Under the pieces are notes generated by a model, which saw nothing but the letters and a program-made list of their open reading frames with translations, made no database searches and was not told the origin of the DNA. From a virus: a stretch of DNA of 64,000 bases. The stretch lies in the IMG/VR virus record IMGVR_UViG_3300037504_000288; one strand, written 5' to 3'. Of the stretch, positions 19,929 to 28,843 are shown piece by piece; position 1 is the stretch's first letter; each line of letters starts with the position of its first letter. A program made the translations under genes and the position numbers.

Positions 19929-20284
19929 TTGGGACCTTTAAGAACCCAGTAATCGTCAAGGTACAAGTAAAAATCGTCCTCTGAATAATCATAACAATAA
20001 TAAACGTTAACACCAAGCGACGAGTTAGTAGTGACGATGTAATAATCACGGTCTGGATGTAATAATAACACTAGCCCGAACCTCGTGCCTGGAACCCTGA
20101 TTCGCCAAATCCTACCCTGTTTGATAAGCCTGGAAACGCGACGCCGCAATACTAACTGCACGCTACCGTTATCACGATAATCGCCTAGGATGGTGTAATA
20201 ACTATGAGGGGTTTCTTTAACAACTGATATTATGTTGTCATCATCATACACCACGCTCCTAACGTCTACTTTGCAACTTCGCAT
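19847..20284 (-). CDS. hypothetical protein (145 aa)
   Basis: ORF track; start overlaps stop of upstream ATPase fragment (ATGA). Confidence 0.4.
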   Translation of the reverse strand: MRSCKVDVRSVVYDDDNIISVVKETPHSYYTILGDYRDNGSVQLVLRRRVSRLIKQGRIWRIRVPGTRFGLVLLLHPDRDYYIVTTNSSLGVNVYYCYDYSEDDFYLYLDDYWVLKGPKWSRWVHKLDSLKLLKSDGREGGVMIW

Positions 20285-20871
20285 TATGAAATTTTCTCCT
20301 CCCTAACCTTATTAACAACTTGTTTAGCGTCCATCAGCAAATTCTGAACGTGCTTTTTACTAATAGGAATATCGTACTGGTTCTTGATATGTAATATGAT
20401 ACGGTTCATGCTGAACGTTGTGTCGTTCATCATGACATCCTGTAACGCTAACATTAACAACGACTTATGAACGTCCTCGGTGGTCAGTGTGTCACGCGCT
20501 ATGTCATCGTCGTAAACGTTAGACTCACGAATTTGCAAGTATTTATCATACAACCACTTCGGCGGTTTCGGGAACCTTATAACCTTCCAGAAATTAGGGT
20601 GCTTCCTAAGCTTCTTCTCAATCTTCTCAAGGCTGGTGAACTCGGTGTACGAGCCCACGTTCTTGAAATCTTTAATACGCCACGGGTCGTTGACCGGGTT
20701 CTTATCCTTAACATAGATAGCGCCAAGACCACGCCCAAACAGGTCGCAATTATGAACAACCATATTATTTGCAACAAAATTATGGTTATCTTTGACACCG
20801 ATAATATCGTAAACATCTTCTTTTTGGTCTAATTTAGTAATAGATTTTATATTAACCAACATATCTATCAC
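20284..20871 (-). CDS. IntC-like segment (41 aa) + C-extein (~154 aa) of the P-loop ATPase
   Basis: MIDMLVNIKSITKLDQKEDVYDIIGVKDNHNFVANNMVVHN|CDLFGRGLGAIYV...; GTG start immediately after an in-frame TGA; overlaps the upper ORF by 20 nt. Confidence 0.55.
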   Translation of the reverse strand: MIDMLVNIKSITKLDQKEDVYDIIGVKDNHNFVANNMVVHNCDLFGRGLGAIYVKDKNPVNDPWRIKDFKNVGSYTEFTSLEKIEKKLRKHPNFWKVIRFPKPPKWLYDKYLQIRESNVYDDDIARDTLTTEDVHKSLLMLALQDVMMNDTTFSMNRIILHIKNQYDIPISKKHVQNLLMDAKQVVNKVREEKIS

Positions 20872-21787
20872 CTTTACTCAAATTGTCTTGTGCCCATAAT
20901 GGTTGCAAATTTTTATAATTAAAACATTTATACCTTTCATCTTCTTTAGTTAAATCAAAATGTGAGCATGGAATAATATGGTCAAGATTCCATGTATCTT
21001 TACCCCAATTAACCCAACTCATTCCAGGTTTAAATTGTTTAGAAATATGAATTTTAAAATATTCTATCGAACAACCTAAATATTTAAATATTGATTGAGT
21101 TTTTTTTGTTTTATTTTTTCTCAATTCAGTGTTTAGTCTACTACGAATCACTTTTGATATTTTATAATTAATATTTAATAAAGATTTTTTTTCATGATTT
21201 CTTATTTTTTCTCTATTTTTTTTTCTATATTCACTATGTTTTTTTAAAATATCTTCTCGATTATTATAATAATTTTTTTTTAATTTTTTTAATATTTCAT
21301 TATATTTTTCATAATATCTTTTTCTACAACGATGTTTATTATCTTCTCTATTTATTTCTCTATATTTTTTATTATAATTATATTGTCTTTCTGTTCTCAC
21401 ATTAAATGCGTTCTTACATTTTTCTGAACAATAAATTTGTTGTTGTTTTTTTGGTAAAAAATCTTTTTTACACCAATTGCATTTTTTTGTTTTAACTTCT
21501 ACTTTATCATCTTCTGACAAATCTTTTAACCTAATCCATCCACGTTGTGTTAAAAATGGGTGGTCTTCAGTACATTTAATTTTCAATCCATTTTCTAATT
21601 CTAATTCATAAATTTCAGCATTTTTCTTTGTTTTAATTTTTTTTTCATATTTTTTAAATTCATACTCTTTTGTTTTTTCATTAAAACTCAACACTTCAGG
21701 ATTATATTTATTCAATTTTTTAACCGGTGTATTTCTAATCATTCCATTAATATCACGAGTTTTTATTTTAGTATCACCTGTAACACA
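20749..21787 (-). other. intein 2 with HNH homing-endonuclease domain, interrupted by a +1 frame change at ~20852-20871 (split or frameshifted)
   Basis: Starts CVTGDTKIK (codon 332 of upper ORF); terminal blocks VYDIIGVKDNHNFVANNMVVHN followed by Cys+1 are in ORF 20284..20871 in the +1 frame. Confidence 0.55.
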
Positions 21788-22780
21788 CCAATAATTTACA
21801 AATGAATTATGCACAACAAAATTATTGGCTATATAATTATGATTATCTTCAACATCTAATATATCATAAACATTTTTTTTATCTTTACATTCTATAGATA
21901 ATATTTTAGTATACGATAAATCATTTAATTTTATTTCGTCATTAATTTTTATTTCATGTAAATGTTTCCAACCATTGTATGTCATAAATCTATGGTTTTT
22001 TGTTGCTAATATTTTTGTATTAGATTGTGTAATAATCTCATAAACATAATCTGTTTTTGTTTTTATACAACTTTTTGCATTTTTTAATTCTAAGGTGTTT
22101 AATTTTTCATTTAAAGTATAAACTTTAAAATTTTGTTTACCTTCTAAATCTTTTATTTTAATATCACCAAATTCGGTTTTTATTAAAGTGTCACCGTCTA
22201 AACACTCTAAATAGTTTTTCTCCATCTTATAAATCTTCAACGGGAACGCTAAGATGAAGAATAAATGTTTAGTTCGTACCTCGGCGAGCTTCCGACGCAA
22301 TTCTTTACTCTCACTTTTTGCCCAATCAGCGGATGAGGCAAACCGTACTGCCTCGTCACAAACCAACGGCTCGAACTTATTCAATGAATCAACCTTGTCC
22401 ATGACGTCCTTATTACTATACGCAAAATGCCTTTTAGGGTCGAACCGTATCCCTATCAACTTACACCACTCGCGCGCTAATAATAGGGCCGCCGAACTCT
22501 TACCGGTTCCTTTATCACTTGTTAGTAGTAACATACTATCGAAGTTCGCAAGGTTACGATGAAGTATGTGTTTGACGAATAATTTGAACACTTCATACTT
22601 ATCAAACTTGTTATCGACTTTAGCTTTAGTCTCGTATTCTATCATTTCTTGAATGATAAAAAGAACATCGTTTATACTAAGCTTGACATCCTCGGGGGTG
22701 TCAGTGTTCCAATTTTTTTTTATAATTTCTAAAATAACCCTTTGTCTAGCAAATCCCAATCCTTGAGACACTATTATCAC
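20852..22780 (-). CDS. P-loop NTPase (putative DNA-packaging/terminase-like ATPase), N-extein + mini-intein + 6-aa linker + N-part of HNH-intein
   Basis: Walker A LLLTSDKGTGKSSAAL and Walker B PLVCDEA in first 192 aa; then CLDGDTLIKT...NVYDILDVEDNHNYIANNFVVHN|S (intein blocks A,B,F,G), then SFVNYW, then CVTGDTKIKTRD... containing an HNH module (CNWCKKDF...CSEKC...DHIIPCSHF...N) up to the stop at 20852. GTG start at 22780 overlaps the TGA of the upstream small gene. Confidence 0.6.
   Translation of the reverse strand: MIIVSQGLGFARQRVILEIIKKNWNTDTPEDVKLSINDVLFIIQEMIEYETKAKVDNKFDKYEVFKLFVKHILHRNLANFDSMLLLTSDKGTGKSSAALLLAREWCKLIGIRFDPKRHFAYSNKDVMDKVDSLNKFEPLVCDEAVRFASSADWAKSESKELRRKLAEVRTKHLFFILAFPLKIYKMEKNYLECLDGDTLIKTEFGDIKIKDLEGKQNFKVYTLNEKLNTLELKNAKSCIKTKTDYVYEIITQSNTKILATKNHRFMTYNGWKHLHEIKINDEIKLNDLSYTKILSIECKDKKNVYDILDVEDNHNYIANNFVVHNSFVNYWCVTGDTKIKTRDINGMIRNTPVKKLNKYNPEVLSFNEKTKEYEFKKYEKKIKTKKNAEIYELELENGLKIKCTEDHPFLTQRGWIRLKDLSEDDKVEVKTKKCNWCKKDFLPKKQQQIYCSEKCKNAFNVRTERQYNYNKKYREINREDNKHRCRKRYYEKYNEILKKLKKNYYNNREDILKKHSEYRKKNREKIRNHEKKSLLNINYKISKVIRSRLNTELRKNKTKKTQSIFKYLGCSIEYFKIHISKQFKPGMSWVNWGKDTWNLDHIIPCSHFDLTKEDERYKCFNYKNLQPLWAQDNLSKGDRYVG
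21806..22204 (-). other. mini-intein 1 (133 aa; Cys1 ... His-Asn, +1 Ser)
   Basis: Codons 193-325 of ORF 20852..22780; block A CLDGDTLI, block B-like ATKNHRF, blocks F/G VYDILDVEDNHNYIANNFVVHN. Confidence 0.65.
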
Positions 22781-22953
22781 TTCCGCAGTTCGTCAACGTG
22801 TTTCTGAAACTTCTCGAAACAACCAGAATTATTCTTTATAACTAGCTCTATACCTTCCCTAATCAATTCAGAACGATTCTTGTTTTTAATGAATCCTATA
22901 ATTTTGAGTTTCTCAAGGGTTTCTTTGTCGACATGAAAACCTATATACACCAT
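22777..22953 (-). CDS. small ribbon-helix-helix-like protein (58 aa), possibly a packaging-associated DNA-binding protein
   Basis: Not in track (<60 aa). ATG at 22953 directly after class-1 promoter (leaderless); MVYIGFHVDKETLEKLKIIGFIKNKNRSELIREGIELVIKNNSG... (beta-strand + NRSELIREGIELVI helix typical of RHH); its TGA overlaps the GTG of the ATPase gene (GTGA). Confidence 0.4.
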   Translation of the reverse strand: MVYIGFHVDKETLEKLKIIGFIKNKNRSELIREGIELVIKNNSGCFEKFQKHVDELRK

Positions 22954-22962
22954 ATATACTTC

Positions 22963-22990
22963 AATATTTAAATACTTATATATAAATGTT
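22963..22990 (-). promoter_or_regulatory. class-1 archaeal promoter (BRE+TATA) on minus strand
   Basis: rc = CTAAAATCGAAACATTTATATATAAGTATT; matches the plus-strand motif AAACGAAACATTTATATATTAGTTA. Confidence 0.5.
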
Positions 22991-23147
22991 TCGATTTTAG
23001 AACTAGAAAGGGTGCCGGTCTTTCCCGACTGTCAACCTCCAAGCTTACGCACAAGTGTACGGGTTTTTCTTGTTAGATTCCCTGACGTTCTTCACCACAA
23101 GCTTTTCGGAGTGTGGATGTTCAACCGTTGGAATTATGATGTACGGA

Positions 23148-23504
23148 CTAAAACCAAAGTTCGTAGCCTTTATATGGTGTTAATATGTCTCGGAAGCATT
23201 CGACGAAAGTGTAGTTAGGGTTATCATCCTTGTAGTCCTCGGTATCATTCAAATAATCATCGCAGAAGTCAAGGAATTTGTCAACGGACAAACAAATAAT
23301 TCCATTATCGAAAAAATAATGAACGCCGTTGTAATACAGTTCTTCATAATCGTCGTTACCAGCAAAAAAATCATTGAGCCAGTCAATATCACCTTTATAA
23401 AATAACTTTCGTTTGATTACTTTAACCTTAATGGTTTCTAGCTCGTTATCTAGTTCACGGCTTATTTCTTTACGCAAAGTTTGTTCTAGTTTAGTATCTT
23501 CCAT
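23148..23504 (-). CDS. hypothetical acidic protein (118 aa)
   Basis: ORF track; preceded by class-1 promoter at 23531..23560 (leaderless arrangement). Confidence 0.45.
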   Translation of the reverse strand: MEDTKLEQTLRKEISRELDNELETIKVKVIKRKLFYKGDIDWLNDFFAGNDDYEELYYNGVHYFFDNGIICLSVDKFLDFCDDYLNDTEDYKDDNPNYTFVECFRDILTPYKGYELWF

Positions 23505-23530
23505 TTTTTAACATTGAATAGTGTATACTA

Positions 23531-23560
23531 ACTTATATATAAATATTTCGATTTTTTTAG
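23531..23560 (-). promoter_or_regulatory. class-1 promoter on minus strand
   Basis: rc = CTAAAAAAATCGAAATATTTATATATAAGT. Confidence 0.45.
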
Positions 23561-24834
23561 AAATCCAAATCGTTCTTGGTGGAGAACACGACGTCCTTGT
23601 AATTACTGGATAATGATTTGAACATGACCGACCGCTTACTAGCTGACCGCTCCTCGACAGTGTCCTTACAATAAATCTGGTACAACTTGCTAGTCACACC
23701 CTTCTTCTTACGCAACACCCTACCCATACGCTGAACGGTCTGACGGTCGCTCGTGTCACCTGCCATTATTATAGCGACGTCGAGCTTCGGAAGGTTGTAA
23801 CCCTCGTCCAACACCTTGCTCGTTAACAAAACGCTGTACTTGTCGTTACGGAAGTCAATCAAGTTTTGCTCGCGCTGCTCTTTCCGAACGCCGCTATGCA
23901 ACACCCTACAATCAACACTGTAGTCTAACAAGTACCAGTAAAGCCGCGAAGTCTGGTCGTTGAACTGGTTGAACACTATAACCTTATTATCCTTGTGCTT
24001 CAGAATCAGCTCGGTCGCAATCTCGAACTTCTCAGAATAATTATTAATCATGACCTTACGCTTGTTCATCAAAGTCAGCATTTTAAGCTTCAACGGACCG
24101 CCGGTGCGCATTACTGACTCGTAACTACCGCCCTTCTTGAACACTGTGTTCAATTGTTGCGTCAGTTCCAAATACTCGCGCATGGTCTCAGCGTCCAGCT
24201 TGACACCTATATTGAAGAACTCGAAAGGGTTGAGAACTTTATCGAACAACGCTTCATCAGGCGTGTACTTGTAAATATTATAATCGAACGATTTCATTAA
24301 TTCAATATGTTTATTATCCAACCGTTTCAAAGTAGCGGTCAACCCTAGCTTGTATTTGAACGGGTGGTTGATGTATTTCATCATCTTCTTCGTTGCGTAA
24401 TTGTGAATCTCGTCAGCCAATAACACATCGAACATCTCCACCGGTATCTTATCGATACTTTGCATATTGGTCAATGTTACTTTAGAATACTCTTTGACGT
24501 TACCGTAATAAACGCCGATGTCCTGAATCGGGAACCCGTAATCCACGAACTCCTTGTACCAACCCGTCTCCAAAATCACGTTCTTAGGAACTACCACTAA
24601 CGCTTTGTAATCAGGGTGTTCATTGAAAATATCTTCGAGGATATTTATGGCAATAAAAGTCTTACCACCACCTGTTACGACCTCGAACAAGCATTTACCG
24701 TCGTTCTCGAAAAAGAACTTTTTAGCTTCACGCTGCCACTCACGCAACTCTATTGTTCGAGATTGATGCTCGTCGTTGAGCTCGTAATCAATCTCGTCGT
24801 CCTCGAACCATTCGCCGCATTTCATCAGTCCCAA
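23557..24834 (-). CDS. superfamily-2 DEAH-box helicase (restriction Res-subunit / XPB-like core)
   Basis: Motif I VVTGGGKTFIA, II LLADEIHNY, III LTATLKR, VI QRMGRVLRK. Confidence 0.7.
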   Translation of the reverse strand: MGLMKCGEWFEDDEIDYELNDEHQSRTIELREWQREAKKFFFENDGKCLFEVVTGGGKTFIAINILEDIFNEHPDYKALVVVPKNVILETGWYKEFVDYGFPIQDIGVYYGNVKEYSKVTLTNMQSIDKIPVEMFDVLLADEIHNYATKKMMKYINHPFKYKLGLTATLKRLDNKHIELMKSFDYNIYKYTPDEALFDKVLNPFEFFNIGVKLDAETMREYLELTQQLNTVFKKGGSYESVMRTGGPLKLKMLTLMNKRKVMINNYSEKFEIATELILKHKDNKVIVFNQFNDQTSRLYWYLLDYSVDCRVLHSGVRKEQREQNLIDFRNDKYSVLLTSKVLDEGYNLPKLDVAIIMAGDTSDRQTVQRMGRVLRKKKGVTSKLYQIYCKDTVEERSASKRSVMFKSLSSNYKDVVFSTKNDLDF

Positions 24835-25178
24835 TCCATCGATTCTTTACGTCGTTGTTTCTCGTCCTCGATAATCTGTTCGGCTTGTTGTTTGAGGTGT
24901 CGGTTCTTATTGAACTTACGCTCAAGCTTGCGCCTGACCTTATCGTCCTTAGACTTCTTCCTCTTGAGCTCGTTAGCGCGCATTTTCTCGTAATTATCCT
25001 TGGAGAACAAGACCCACTCGCCCTTACTAATACGCCACCCACGACAATCGCCGAGCTCCTCAGTCTTGATATAACTCGGCGAGAACTGCTTAGTAAACTT
25101 CATTACTATGAAGTACGGTAGTATCTTAACCCACTTCTTAAGCATTGTGACATCCCTGACACTCGTTGAATTTTTCAA
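24825..25178 (-). CDS. hypothetical protein with basic KR-rich C-terminus (117 aa)
   Basis: ORF track. Confidence 0.4.
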   Translation of the reverse strand: MKNSTSVRDVTMLKKWVKILPYFIVMKFTKQFSPSYIKTEELGDCRGWRISKGEWVLFSKDNYEKMRANELKRKKSKDDKVRRKLERKFNKNRHLKQQAEQIIEDEKQRRKESMDWD

Positions 25179-25360
25179 TACTCATTTTTTATCACCAAAA
25201 AAATTATCCAAATCATTATACAACTTTCGCATCTGCGACTGCGATAATTGCGAGAAATGGTAAATGTTAATATCATCATCCAAAGTTATACTGAAATCGT
25301 TGTACTCAACATCGTACTCAATTTCGACATCCTCATCATTGATTACTGCTTGTATTATCA

Positions 25361-25606
25361 TTATTTCTCATCCCTGACTTTAATAGTTCGCCGGTTTAGT
25401 ATTAACGGCTTCGGAATAACCTGCCAGTGCTTGTAAATATTATTCTTATGCACCATGAACGCTAGCAGTACATATTCATCGTTCTCGAACACTAAGTAAC
25501 CGATGCTCTGTGTTTCAAGCGGCTTGAGGCTGCGCTTTGCCTCGTCTAACGATAACGGCTTCAAGGACGCCATCGCGTCGGTCCAAACTATCTCTTGGAT
25601 TTTCAT
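25361..25606 (-). CDS. hypothetical protein (81 aa)
   Basis: ORF track. Confidence 0.35.
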   Translation of the reverse strand: MKIQEIVWTDAMASLKPLSLDEAKRSLKPLETQSIGYLVFENDEYVLLAFMVHKNNIYKHWQVIPKPLILNRRTIKVRDEK

Positions 25607-26088
25607 CTTTGATTGGTCACGTCAAAAATCCCTGGGAACGCATCACGCCCTGTTATGAACGTGAATGATTGGTTAGCACAATGTAGGTCGAGCTGGTAAC
25701 ATCCCTGACGATGATTGTTCTCAACCTTGGCACCCTTACCCTCTTCTTTTAATATATAGAGTCCGGTTTTGAGGTCTTGGAGTGGTTGCTCCCTAATATT
25801 CTCCTTAATCATCCGCTTGACATCAACCTTCCCGGCTAGTTTCTCGGAGAGCTCGTCGAGCGCGTCCTCGTATTCCTGCATCTTAAGCTCGTCGTCCTTG
25901 GTCAATCTCGTAATGAACGTCCCTGAACGATGACCTTGTGATATTGGTTCCGGGTCTAACACTTTGAACTTGACACCGTCCACTATTAGTATTCTGCCTA
26001 TCACAGGATGTTGTTCTTCCATTATGAACGCTTCTTTCCGGAACTTATCCTTCCCGATTTTTACAATGTCCGATTTTTTATCTCCCAT
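25603..26088 (-). CDS. hypothetical protein (161 aa)
   Basis: ORF track; ATGA overlap with downstream gene. Confidence 0.45.
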   Translation of the reverse strand: MGDKKSDIVKIGKDKFRKEAFIMEEQHPVIGRILIVDGVKFKVLDPEPISQGHRSGTFITRLTKDDELKMQEYEDALDELSEKLAGKVDVKRMIKENIREQPLQDLKTGLYILKEEGKGAKVENNHRQGCYQLDLHCANQSFTFITGRDAFPGIFDVTNQR

Positions 26089-26116
26089 TATCGTACCACT
26101 CCTATCTAAAACATTT

Positions 26117-26659
26117 TTACAACTTGTTCAAAAACTCATCGAACGACAAGTCCTTCTTAACCTCTGACTTTTTCTTACTGTTTGTTTTACCTTGATTATT
26201 ATTTTGAGGTTGTTGGGGCGCGCCCATCATGCTCACAATCTGTTCGTTAGTGACGCCACCGCCTTGGTTACTATTAATATTCGACGACTGCTGACCACCG
26301 GTCCCCAGCATACTCTGCAGCTTGTTGCCAGCGTCCATGTTATCCATTGAAAACGCTTTCTTCAACTTCTCCAGTTTCTCCTTACGCTTCTCACCAGTAA
26401 TTTTCTTACGCTCGTCCTCCTTGTAATGCTTGACGAGCTCGTCTTTCATACCTTGCATTGCTTCGCGACGCGCTTGTTGTTTAATCTCCTTAGCGAACGC
26501 CTTCTCCGCCTTCTTCTGCGCAGCGTTAGCTTTCATGTTCTCAATAGCCTTGCTCAAGAAATTATTACTCTTGTTCACATACGGACCCGCGGTCATCCGC
26601 CCAACGAACAACCCGACGCCGAATAGTATAATCCCAACTCCTATAGTTATTAATACCAT
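26117..26659 (-). CDS. membrane-anchored protein (N-terminal TM, KE-rich coiled coil, Q/G/N-rich tail)
   Basis: MVLITIGVGIILFGVGLFVG then AQKKAEKAFAKEIKQQARREA... Confidence 0.45.
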   Translation of the reverse strand: MVLITIGVGIILFGVGLFVGRMTAGPYVNKSNNFLSKAIENMKANAAQKKAEKAFAKEIKQQARREAMQGMKDELVKHYKEDERKKITGEKRKEKLEKLKKAFSMDNMDAGNKLQSMLGTGGQQSSNINSNQGGGVTNEQIVSMMGAPQQPQNNNQGKTNSKKKSEVKKDLSFDEFLNKL

Positions 26660-26661
26660 TA

Positions 26662-27081
26662 TTACTCACCTCCCAATCCTGAGAACTCGTTATAATTCTG
26701 CAATGTCTGGCCTAGCGTATTGTTCAATTTTCTAATTATACTGTTAACAAAATCGGTCGAGCACTCTTGTAGTTTGCTAGCTTCGTTATAATCCATAACC
26801 TCGCCAACACCGTTTTGGAACCCGTGTATATAATTATACTTGACAACAACCTTGTCCGACACCATCTCTAGCCTGACCGGCTTGACCAGTTTCGGAAACA
26901 TATCGTTCATAGTGTTAACGTCAATGAACACTTTTGGTTCTAAGAACTCGAACATCGGCGTGTAACTACAGTACACTCCTGGATACTTTTCTTTCATCAC
27001 CGCATAATCACGATTGAACGCGTGGTTCATGGTGTTTAGTTCGACAACCTTCTTATCCATAAATTTTTTTATATTTGTCAT
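26662..27081 (-). CDS. hypothetical protein (139 aa)
   Basis: ORF track. Confidence 0.45.
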   Translation of the reverse strand: MTNIKKFMDKKVVELNTMNHAFNRDYAVMKEKYPGVYCSYTPMFEFLEPKVFIDVNTMNDMFPKLVKPVRLEMVSDKVVVKYNYIHGFQNGVGEVMDYNEASKLQECSTDFVNSIIRKLNNTLGQTLQNYNEFSGLGGE

Positions 27082-27213
27082 TATTGTTCACCTTTCTTCT
27101 GATTCTCAACCTGCTCGTCTATCATAACGAGCAACTCGTCAACACTCCACATTTTCTTACCTTCCTTCATACTCTTCGAGAGCCCTTCAAATAGTTCAGT
27201 TCTATCTTCCATT

Positions 27214-27375
27214 TTACCTTTCACCATCATATTTATATTTTGGCGGTCGTATTAAGAAATATTCTTCCATTATACTGTTGATAGCCTCCGCCTTACTACT
27301 AATATCATTATACGACATATAAATCCGCAATTGCTTATCCAAATGCGAGTCCATTCTAATTTGAACTTGTACCAT
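27214..27375 (-). CDS. ribbon-helix-helix DNA-binding protein (53 aa), first gene of the minus-strand block
   Basis: Not in track (<60 aa). ATG at 27375 ~25 nt after tttatata (leaderless); MVQVQIRMDSHLDKQLRIYMSYNDISSKAEAINSIMEEYF = beta-strand/helix/helix RHH pattern. Confidence 0.5.
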   Translation of the reverse strand: MVQVQIRMDSHLDKQLRIYMSYNDISSKAEAINSIMEEYFLIRPPKYKYDGER

Positions 27376-27733
27376 ACTAATTAATATATTAAACTATTAT
27401 ATAAACTTATCGGTTTTGCAACTTGATAATTTTCAAATATTCTTGTATGGTATCGTTGATGCTCCATTTTCCTCCTCCTATGGTTTCTTGAAAATGGTCG
27501 CGGTCTTTTTTCAATCGGTTATGTATATTTTCCGACACGCTTATTTTTTTGAATTTAGTTTTTTTTCTCATACTACTTTGAAAGTAGCACTAATATATAA
27601 GTTTTTCTATTATCAAATATTGAATCTCATTTAATGATTTTTTATGATTTTTCATTAAATTAGATTCAATCTATTTTCTTCAAAATTCACCTTTTTTTAT
27701 ATTCTATATTATATATTTTAAAAACCACAAACC

Positions 27734-27749
27734 TTCATTTCCTGTGGAA
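27734..27749 (+). promoter_or_regulatory. ORB-like origin recognition box 1
   Basis: TTCATTTCCTGTGGAA; resembles archaeal Orc1/Cdc6 mini-ORB dyad TTCCnGTGGAA. Confidence 0.45.
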
Positions 27750-27823
27750 CTAGTCTAAAACGCTTCTATCCTTTAAATTCTTAAGTCTCAAGCTCTAATT
27801 TGACATTTAAATTTTTTAGACCT

Positions 27824-27839
27824 TTATTTCCTGTGGAGA
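27824..27839 (+). promoter_or_regulatory. ORB-like box 2
   Basis: TTTATTTCCTGTGGAG. Confidence 0.4.
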
Positions 27840-27932
27840 ATGTGGTTTTTATTCTACTAATATAATGTTTAGTATATTAATATAGTGTTTTCAAAACACC
27901 TCTCTAACACCCCCCCCTCAGTTTTTCCAGAT

Positions 27933-28622
27933 TCTGCCAATACGGGTAATGAGTAGTAACAAATAGTTGTGATATAGAATATATATCATACTTTATCATA
28001 CTCGGAAAAATAAATATACTATTATACATATATGTATATTGCTTAAAAGTTTTAAGCAAAAATAAAAAAACACTTGCCAATCCTGCCAAGAAAAACTTAT
28101 AAAGGGTAAAAAGAAAAAATTTATAAATGATGAGTTATAAGAAAAAATAAATTCTTAAGATATTAATAACTACACGTTCTCTACCTTTATAATTCTAATA
28201 TTTACTACTAAAAAGTAATCTTGGCAGACGCCAAAAATTCTGCCAAGAAAAACTTATAAATGATGAATTAACAGTCATTTATAAATACATAGTGCCTAAT
28301 TATTTTCTAATTCTTAATAATTATAATAATACAAACCCTCTATATACAAAATCAATATCTGTTACTACTAATAAGATGTATTGGCAAAATTAGCTAAATT
28401 TAGCTAAATGACATTTACGCAATTCTGAGATACTTATTATATTTTTTAAACATTATTTTTTAATTTATAGGTTTTGGTAGTATATCAAAAAGCCAATTTT
28501 GCCAAGTGGAGCGGATATTAATATACTATTGTGGATTTTATTGATACCAATATACCCCTAATTTTGACAATTTCTGCCAAGTTTCTGCCAAGTTTTGCCA
28601 AAATTGTTAAAATTCTGCCAAG
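27933..28622. repeat. cluster of ~10 (T)CTGCCAAG / TTGCCAA iterons incl. palindrome tcttggcag-N11-ctgccaaga (28219..28247) and 4 copies within 28572..28622
   Basis: Direct reading: 27933, 28073, 28083, 28221(inverted), 28240, 28381, 28491, 28501, 28574, 28584, 28594, 28614; gccaagaaaaacttataaa repeated exactly at 28083 and 28240. Confidence 0.7.
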
Positions 28623-28691
28623 ATTACCTTTTAGTAGTAACGGATTTTTTACAGTGTAAAAACTATATGTTATAGTATACCATAGACCACC

Positions 28692-28708
28692 TTCATTTCC
28701 TGTGGAAA
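28692..28708 (+). promoter_or_regulatory. ORB-like box 3
   Basis: TTCATTTCCTGTGGAAA. Confidence 0.45.
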
Positions 28709-28843
28709 AAAATATCACTACCGTTGTAAATGTAGAATTATAAGGTTTCAGAGCCTCTACCGTGATTAGAGTGTAAAAACCAAAAAATATATAAATAAGA
28801 AGTTTAATGATTGATGTCAAGATATCAAATAAGGTGGTATAAA

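Noticed and set aside
20284-22780. Calling the interrupted ATPase a large terminase outright
   Set aside because: The combined extein is only ~350 aa, with ~45 aa between Walker A and Walker B. No RNase-H-like nuclease motifs are recognisable. Only a generic P-loop or packaging-ATPase call is justified.
22790-23150. Searched non-coding stretches (22790..23150, 27380..28840, 59500..59700) for tRNA genes or att sites
   Set aside because: No cloverleaf-compatible sequence (GTTC-type T-loop with matching acceptor stem) was apparent. No integrase gene is present in the window, so integration cannot be supported from this sequence.
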